From contig JBCCWC010000011.1 of assembly GCA_039194325.1 (NCBI GenBank), positions 66,174-130,173 of the forward strand: a stretch of 64,000 nucleotides of DNA, written 5' to 3'. Below, in pieces: positions 58,298-64,000 of this stretch. The DNA comes from Myxococcota bacterium. GTDB lineage: Bacteria; Myxococcota_A; Polyangia; Nannocystales; Nannocystaceae. Position 1 is the stretch's first letter, and each line of letters begins with the position of its first letter. The notes under the pieces were generated by a model that did no database searches, was not told where the DNA came from, and saw nothing but the letters and a program-made list of their open reading frames with translations. Made by a program: the position numbers and the translations under genes.

Positions 58298-59707
58298 TCA
58301 GTCCATGTCCACGGGCAGGTACTGAAGGTTGGAGACATTCGCCGACAAGTTGGTGTCTTCGTTGCGAAAGTGACCAAGCGGTTCGATCTGGTCTTCGTCG
58401 TCGCCGCCCTCGTTGTCAATATTGACTCGATACAGGGACTCGCCAGTGGAGAGCAAGACGCTCTGGCTGGTAGGATCGTATTCTAGGCCCGTGGCCTCGA
58501 AGTTTTCTGTGAGCACGCCGCTGAGGTCGCGCACGACTTCGGCTCTTGACGTGGGGTCGTTGAGATCGATGCTGTAGATCTTCTTGTCGTTGCCGTTGGC
58601 CAAGAGAAGGCGGTTCCTGGTGCAGTCATAGGCCATGCCGCAAGAATTGAAGATGGATGATTGTCCTTCGGGAGTTGCCCACTGTTCTTCGAAGGCTAGT
58701 TCGATGGGGCCGTCTTCCCAGTTGCTACTAGTTGTGGGGTCGAATATATAAAGCCATCCTTGCGTGCCGTTGTAGTGGCCCTCGGCGGCAACGCCGTATA
58801 GTCTGCCGTCTCCGCCGAAATCGAGCCCGCAGATGTAATGAACCTCGGATCTGCCGATCTCCTGAGTGGGGGAAATCTCGGTTGGATCTGCCGAGTATGT
58901 GGCTTCCGAGTTCAGGCGATAGACGATCTGCGCGGTACGATCGGCCGCATAAAGGTGGCCGTCTTCATTGATGGTTGCCGTCGTGATATAGTCGTCGTGG
59001 ATGTCGCTGTGGATGTCGCTTAGGTTGACGTGTTCTTGCAGTTCGGCATTGCTTTCGTCGATAGTGACGAGGCGGCGGGGATCGCTGTTTGTGCTGCCTG
59101 GGGCGTGGTAGGGTAAGAACGCGGTTAGCCGAAGTGACCCAGGATTGAGCGCAGCATTGCCGTCATAGCAATCGCTTCCCGCGGTCATTCCCACGGTCAT
59201 CTGGTCCTGGCGGGCGTCACCCCAGCCGTCACCGTCGGCATCGAGCATGCAAAGGTCGGAGCTTTCGCGCAATGCGGCACCGGGGAACGCGAGTGCATTG
59301 TCATCATCGCAGTCGTCGCTATTGTCCACGCATGCCTCATTCATATCGTCGAAGCTCTCGCAGAGCTCCGGGCCGCCATATCCGTCCCCATCTCGATCGA
59401 TGTATGTGTGATCGTCGGTATCCGAGCCGGTGTCGTCGCTGGAATCTCCACGCGTTGTGCCATCGCCCACGTCGCCCGAGCCCGTTCCCCAATCGTTGGA
59501 TCCCGCCCCCGTGCTCTCGTCGTAGGTATTGCCCGGTACGTCGCCTCCGGTGCCCGCACCACTGTCGGTATCCGTGGCCAACCCGGGATAGTCAGGGTTG
59601 GGGACCAATATGCAGCCGGTGTGGAGCAGGAGCACCACCGACCACAATGCCGGATCAATCGTCGATGAGGGGGTCAGCCTTCGGCGTAATCGAGCCTTCA
59701 TCCGCAT
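58298..59707 (-). CDS. Lipoprotein with acidic Ca/metal-binding-like repeats (DxDGDGY/WG...DC.D) and a beta-propeller-like C-terminus
   Basis: HTGC lipobox; YIDRDGDGYG...DCDDDNALAFPGA; DADGDGWGD...SDCYD; GLDFGGDGRLY, GMAYD and GLEYDP blades. Start is uncertain. Confidence 0.78.
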   Translation of the reverse strand: MRMKARLRRRLTPSSTIDPALWSVVLLLHTGCILVPNPDYPGLATDTDSGAGTGGDVPGNTYDESTGAGSNDWGTGSGDVGDGTTRGDSSDDTGSDTDDHTYIDRDGDGYGGPELCESFDDMNEACVDNSDDCDDDNALAFPGAALRESSDLCMLDADGDGWGDARQDQMTVGMTAGSDCYDGNAALNPGSLRLTAFLPYHAPGSTNSDPRRLVTIDESNAELQEHVNLSDIHSDIHDDYITTATINEDGHLYAADRTAQIVYRLNSEATYSADPTEISPTQEIGRSEVHYICGLDFGGDGRLYGVAAEGHYNGTQGWLYIFDPTTSSNWEDGPIELAFEEQWATPEGQSSIFNSCGMAYDCTRNRLLLANGNDKKIYSIDLNDPTSRAEVVRDLSGVLTENFEATGLEYDPTSQSVLLSTGESLYRVNIDNEGGDDEDQIEPLGHFRNEDTNLSANVSNLQYLPVDMD

Positions 59708-59910
59708 ACGCGGGGGCTGTACAGCGAGGACTCTTTTTGATTGCGCCTTGACCAAAAAACATTCGGTCATCCTCCGTGGTGGTGCGGCTTCGCGCATCGC
59801 ATGGCGCGTCGCCCCCGGATACAGACCGCTCAAACGCCGTTCTTGACGCGTTCGTGGGGGTTCGTGGGCCGGGATTCATCGCCCGGCTTCGTGCGCCTCG
59901 CCGACGAGTC

Positions 59911-61023
59911 CTAAAACCGCAGGACGCCCCCGGGGGCCAGTCGAGCGCGTCGATGGGGCCGGGTCCTCGCGCGTTTTTCGTCGATACTCAGCAACACGAC
60001 GGACGTCACCGTTAGACCGATTCCCACGCCGAGCATGACCGCGCCTCCGGGGATACTGTTGTAGACCCGAGGGCACGGGCGCTCTTCGACGTTGTTCGGG
60101 CATTCGCCGTTGTAGGTCCACAGCGCGGGCCCGGCGGCGGCGAGCCCAACTCCCGCCACGAGACCGCTAATCTCGGTCCATCGCGGGAGTATACGCTTGC
60201 GCCGCGGCGGTCTGTCGGAGCGCGTGGACGGGTCGCTGGATACGGATATCCCGTTGGAATTAGACGTCCCGTGGGTCACGGACATCCCGCTGGCCCCGGA
60301 CATTTCGCTGGAATCGGACGGGGTGTCGGGAGCGGTCGCATTACCCGGTGTATCAACCTGCGACGAAGCTCCGAACTCGATGATCTCTCGCTGGTCAGGC
60401 TGGCTGAAATCGACCGTAGATTTGCGCGGAGGCCGATGACCGTCGCTGGCCCGAACCTCGACCTGATAGCGACCCAGGTAGAGATCGACGTCTTGCTCCG
60501 ACAGCGGCAGCCCGTCTACGATGACGATGCAATTCTCGTGACATCGGACCTGTAGGTGCCCTTTACCCGCAGATTCGAGCTCTGATTGGCGTTTCTCGTA
60601 AAGCTCGATGATGTCGGGGCCAAATTGGTCGTAGTGGATCGATGTACCGATAGATAGGCGGATCAGCGCGTCGATGACCGTTTGGGCTTGGGCCCGCTCG
60701 CCCTTGGTGAGCAGGGCGCGGGCGAGGTTGAGGCGAACGTCGATCATCCATACCCGGCCCGTTGGGTCGTGGATGAGCTCCTCCTCGAAGCCCTCCATCT
60801 CCTTTATGGCCTGTCGAAGCCTCTTGATGGTCTCGTCTGGCTGGTCATCGGTGTGGTCGTTCGCCCAGATCGAGCTCTTTTGGGCGTGCTCGACCGCATT
60901 TTGGTACTCGACCGGTGGTTGTGGCGTATACAGTGAGCTTTCGATAGTGGTCGCTTGAGCGATCCACGCCGCGAGGAAGATAGAGAGTTGCATGATACCG
61001 TGAACATGCTCATGGTAGCGCAT
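59911..61023 (-). CDS. Secreted/membrane protein with a helical N-terminus, PEGA-like domain and C-terminal TM hairpin
   Basis: Signal-like segment, GHLQVRC..NC.VIVDG...LGRYQVEV, RILPRW and two TM segments. Confidence 0.72.
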   Translation of the reverse strand: MRYHEHVHGIMQLSIFLAAWIAQATTIESSLYTPQPPVEYQNAVEHAQKSSIWANDHTDDQPDETIKRLRQAIKEMEGFEEELIHDPTGRVWMIDVRLNLARALLTKGERAQAQTVIDALIRLSIGTSIHYDQFGPDIIELYEKRQSELESAGKGHLQVRCHENCIVIVDGLPLSEQDVDLYLGRYQVEVRASDGHRPPRKSTVDFSQPDQREIIEFGASSQVDTPGNATAPDTPSDSSEMSGASGMSVTHGTSNSNGISVSSDPSTRSDRPPRRKRILPRWTEISGLVAGVGLAAAGPALWTYNGECPNNVEERPCPRVYNSIPGGAVMLGVGIGLTVTSVVLLSIDEKRARTRPHRRARLAPGGVLRF

Positions 61024-61083
61024 GGGTTCCCGATCGGCATCTCGTGACTTGCTGTATTAAATCATCTTGGGCATAGTGAAGCG

Positions 61084-62049
61084 ATGTTTGGTTCGCGTGT
61101 GTCCCCTACCTACGCTCGACGGGCGGGGCTGCTGTTGCTCGCGGTTCTGTGCGCCTGTGGAGCGAGGGAGTCCGCTCCTAGCTCCGATGGCAAGGCGACC
61201 CCTCCCCTCGCGCAGACGCAGGCACAGCCGTCCGGCTCGTCGCAAGTGGTGCCCGGATCGAGGCCAGGGACGAAGTCGGAGGCGAAGTCGGAGGCGAGGG
61301 CCGACTCCGGGTCGGGAGGGGACTCGGAGCCGACCCCGGGGGGGAAAGGGAATCCTGCGTCGGAGTCGGAGTCCACACCGGGCACGGAGTCGGAGTCCAC
61401 ACCGGGCGCGGAGTCGGAGTCCACGCTCGGCGAACGCTGTCAGATCGAGGTCGAAGGAGGCCCCAAGCTCGTCAAGGCGGCCATCAACGTGCGCTCGGGT
61501 TTGCTTCGCGAGACGGAGATCGAGGACGGTCGCAAGGTCGCCTATGCGTGTCCGAACGAGGACGAGCGCGAGGATGTCGACTTGATCGCTCGCCTCGAGA
61601 ACGACGATCATGTGCACTGGGAAGGCCTGGAAGCGGCCTCCAGTGTCGTCGTCAAGGGGTCCGGCCGCAAAAAAGGGTTCCCCGATGACCTTACGCCCGA
61701 TGAGCTCGATCAACTCAAGGCACACCTTGGTCTTCCCGAAGATGAATTGCCCCCGGGTCCGACCCCCCCGCGCCAGACCAAGATCCCCGTCCTGTTCCGT
61801 CCCAACGAGCTGCCTTACGCTGAGCTCAAGATCACGCGCGCCGGGAGCCGCAAGGTCAAGAAGCTGACCCTCGACGGGAATCAGGGCACGCGCCGGCTCG
61901 TCCCGGGTCGCTATGATGTGGAGCTCCGCCTCAAGACCGACGATTCGTGGAAGCCCATCGGGAGCTTCGAGGTCGGGGCTACGAACGCGAGCGTCACGGT
62001 GAAGCTGCGCAAGATCCCCAAGCTGGGGCTGGATGTCACGGCGAGTTGA
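61084..62049 (+). CDS. Hypothetical lipoprotein with an ESEST-repeat linker
   Basis: LCAC lipobox, 24-bp ESESTPG repeats, GC3-rich codons and a beta-rich C-terminus. Confidence 0.72.
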   Translation: MFGSRVSPTYARRAGLLLLAVLCACGARESAPSSDGKATPPLAQTQAQPSGSSQVVPGSRPGTKSEAKSEARADSGSGGDSEPTPGGKGNPASESESTPGTESESTPGAESESTLGERCQIEVEGGPKLVKAAINVRSGLLRETEIEDGRKVAYACPNEDEREDVDLIARLENDDHVHWEGLEAASSVVVKGSGRKKGFPDDLTPDELDQLKAHLGLPEDELPPGPTPPRQTKIPVLFRPNELPYAELKITRAGSRKVKKLTLDGNQGTRRLVPGRYDVELRLKTDDSWKPIGSFEVGATNASVTVKLRKIPKLGLDVTAS

Positions 62050-64000
62050 CCGGGGGCACCGACGCACAGATCTCCTTGATCGAGTCGGGAACTCCGACGG
62101 AGATCCCCGCGAGCGCAGCGCAGGCGAATGCTCGACGCTGCTGGGTGTCGATCATCCAGCTCTGGACGACCCCGTCCTTGCTGCCGCTGAGCACCCGGTG
62201 GCCGTCGTCGGTGAACTGGATCGAGCGGACCTCCGTGTCGTGCGTGTGAAACGAGAAGATCTCCTCGCCACCGATCGCGTCCCACAGCCGGATCCGAGCA
62301 TCTCCGCCGGTGGTGACCAGCCGCTGGCCGTCGGGGGAGAAGGCCACCGCAAAGACGGCGCCGAGGTGACCGCACAGCGGGGTGGGCGGAGCCTCCGATG
62401 CGGTCGCCCATACGCGTGCGCACTCGTCGTTCCCCCCGGTCGCGATGCGCGACCCGTCGGGGGACACAGCCACCGTATACACGAAGCCTTCTTCTTGTGA
62501 GTTCCGTGGCTCGGCCTCAAGGTTCGCTAGATCCCATTGGGTGAAGGTCTTGTCGGCCGAGCCGGTCACCAAGGTCTTGCCGTCCGGGGAAAAGGCCAGG
62601 GCCAGGATGTCGTGGCGGTGCACGCCACCGAGCGTGGAGACCAAGGTCCGCGTTTGTACGTCCCATAGCCGTGCGGTGCCCTTGGTGTCGCCAGTGACTA
62701 ACTGCGTGCCGTCGGGTGACCAGGCGACCGAACGGATCGGCTGGTCGTGCTTGGGTACGATCCCCTCTTGCTTGCCGGTGTTGGCGTCCCACACGATCGG
62801 GGTAGGGCGGCGCGCGCTGTCGACGGTGACCAGCTGCTTGCCGTTCGGTGACCAGGCCATGGCCACGGTGGTTCGCCTCGACTGGCCGAGCTCGAGGGGA
62901 GCCGAGGCGGAGAAGTCCCGGAGCCGGACCCGGCCACGCGGGAGGGCGACGGCCATCTGCGAGCCATCGGGGGACAGTGCCATGGACTGGACGTTCCCCC
63001 CCTCGCCCGGGACCAGGACTTGCTGGATCTCGGACTCGACCTCCCACGAGCGCACGACCCCCCGGGTGTCGGCAGTGGCGATCCACTGGCCATCAAGGGA
63101 GAACGCGACCTGGAGGATCACGGCTTCGTGCCCCTCGAGGACGGCGCGCTGGGCCCCACTTTGGGTATCCCACAGGCGCAGGGTTTTGTCCCAGCTGACC
63201 GTGGCCAGGCGCCGACCATCGGGGGAGAACGCCAGCGCGCTGATCCGGGCCTTGTGGCCCTCGAGGGTCGTGACGAGGTACCCCTTGGGAGTGCGGAGCT
63301 CGACCACGCGATCGAGGGCGATCGCCAGTGGGGTGGATGCGGGAGCGAACGCAATGGTCTCGATCTTGCCCGACCCTTCGAAGGCCCAAAGCCGGCGCCC
63401 GGTAGTGGAGTCCCACAGTCGGACCCCATTCTTGTTGTCGGCGGTGGCGATGCGGGTGCCGTCGGGTGAGAAGGCCGCGGTGACGATGCGAGCATCATGG
63501 CCGGTGAGACCCATCGCCTCGCCGTCGATCGTGATTATTTGCGCCTGGGCATTGTCGTGGACGACCAGCAGGCGCGAGTCTGCGGTCGCGGGAGAAAACG
63601 AGAGGTGGGACACCCCGAAGCCCTTCGCCCCGAGCACCGGTGTGGACTCGAGCTTCCCGCCGAGGCTCGCCGTCCATAGCGTCACCGTGCCTTCGTCGCC
63701 GGCGGTGGCGATGCGGGTACCGTCGGGTGAGAAGACCGCGGCGACGATCTCGTCCTCGGACTCCAGAGTCTCGAGGGGTTCACCGGTCGCGGCGTCCCAT
63801 ACATTGGCCGTGCCGTCGTCGCTGACGGTCAGTATCCGCTTACCCTGGGGATGGAACTCCACGTGCTGGACATCGGCGATGTGGCCGGACAGCGTCGCCG
63901 TGACGCGGGCGGAGCGGATCTCCCAGATCTTGACGGTGTCGTCGCGGGGGGCCCGGGGGGGCCCCCCGCAGGGCCGCGGGCAACCGCAGTAGCCACACCC
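62036..64000 (-). CDS. WD40-repeat protein, 5'-truncated at the window edge
   Basis: More than a dozen GH...FSPDG..(L/I)AT...D..V(R/K)LWD repeats. The frame is open to position 64000. Confidence 0.92.
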   Translation of the reverse strand, partial: GCGYCGCPRPCGGPPRAPRDDTVKIWEIRSARVTATLSGHIADVQHVEFHPQGKRILTVSDDGTANVWDAATGEPLETLESEDEIVAAVFSPDGTRIATAGDEGTVTLWTASLGGKLESTPVLGAKGFGVSHLSFSPATADSRLLVVHDNAQAQIITIDGEAMGLTGHDARIVTAAFSPDGTRIATADNKNGVRLWDSTTGRRLWAFEGSGKIETIAFAPASTPLAIALDRVVELRTPKGYLVTTLEGHKARISALAFSPDGRRLATVSWDKTLRLWDTQSGAQRAVLEGHEAVILQVAFSLDGQWIATADTRGVVRSWEVESEIQQVLVPGEGGNVQSMALSPDGSQMAVALPRGRVRLRDFSASAPLELGQSRRTTVAMAWSPNGKQLVTVDSARRPTPIVWDANTGKQEGIVPKHDQPIRSVAWSPDGTQLVTGDTKGTARLWDVQTRTLVSTLGGVHRHDILALAFSPDGKTLVTGSADKTFTQWDLANLEAEPRNSQEEGFVYTVAVSPDGSRIATGGNDECARVWATASEAPPTPLCGHLGAVFAVAFSPDGQRLVTTGGDARIRLWDAIGGEEIFSFHTHDTEVRSIQFTDDGHRVLSGSKDGVVQSWMIDTQQRRAFACAALAGISVGVPDSIKEICASVPPVNSP

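Noticed and set aside
62382..63992. 536-aa plus-strand ORF and similar long overlapping ORFs (e.g. 24529..26352, 20936..22699, 46673..48793)
   Set aside because: They are antisense shadows of well-supported genes in high-GC DNA.

Overview
GC-rich bacterial DNA. The gene content points to a myxobacterium, probably Nannocystaceae-like (inference): many Thr/Ser/Asp-linker lipoproteins, Cys-rich CGD/NG disulfide-repeat proteins, a DUF2330 protein with a MYXO-CTERM tail, and an Oar-like TonB receptor. From left to right the window holds: a truncated DUF262 (GmrS-like) gene that the ORF track missed; eda, a 2-hydroxyacid dehydrogenase, crcB and an acyl-CoA synthetase; a translationally coupled hflX-ABC-F operon preceded by a hidden 7-codon leader peptide (MILSHFV) with a GGAGG Shine-Dalgarno (SD); two tandem Cys-rich surface-protein paralogs; arsH, DUF2330, an aldo/keto reductase, a pyroglutamyl-peptidase-like lipoprotein with Ser at the catalytic Cys position, and an Hpt-REC-GGDEF-REC regulator; an argC-argJ-argR operon in which ArgJ is fused to a catalytically degenerate ArgB-like domain; tRNA-Gly(GCC); a DsbA/TlpA cluster split by a ~10 kb block of partly lower GC (TPR-like protein, small acidic ORF, giant kinase-AAA-GAF-AAA_35 protein, probable IS1380 relic); an FAD oxidoreductase, TonB receptor, lipase, Rpn nuclease and BI-1 protein; an outer-membrane protein-ECF sigma-anti-sigma-lipoprotein cluster; and a WD40 gene running off the right end. 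The best novelty candidates are the leader-peptide-controlled HflX/ABC-F operon, the ArgJ-pseudokinase fusion, the Ser-type C15 peptidase and the dual-NTPase kinase block. No CRISPR array or rRNA was seen. All family assignments come from motif recognition, not database searches.
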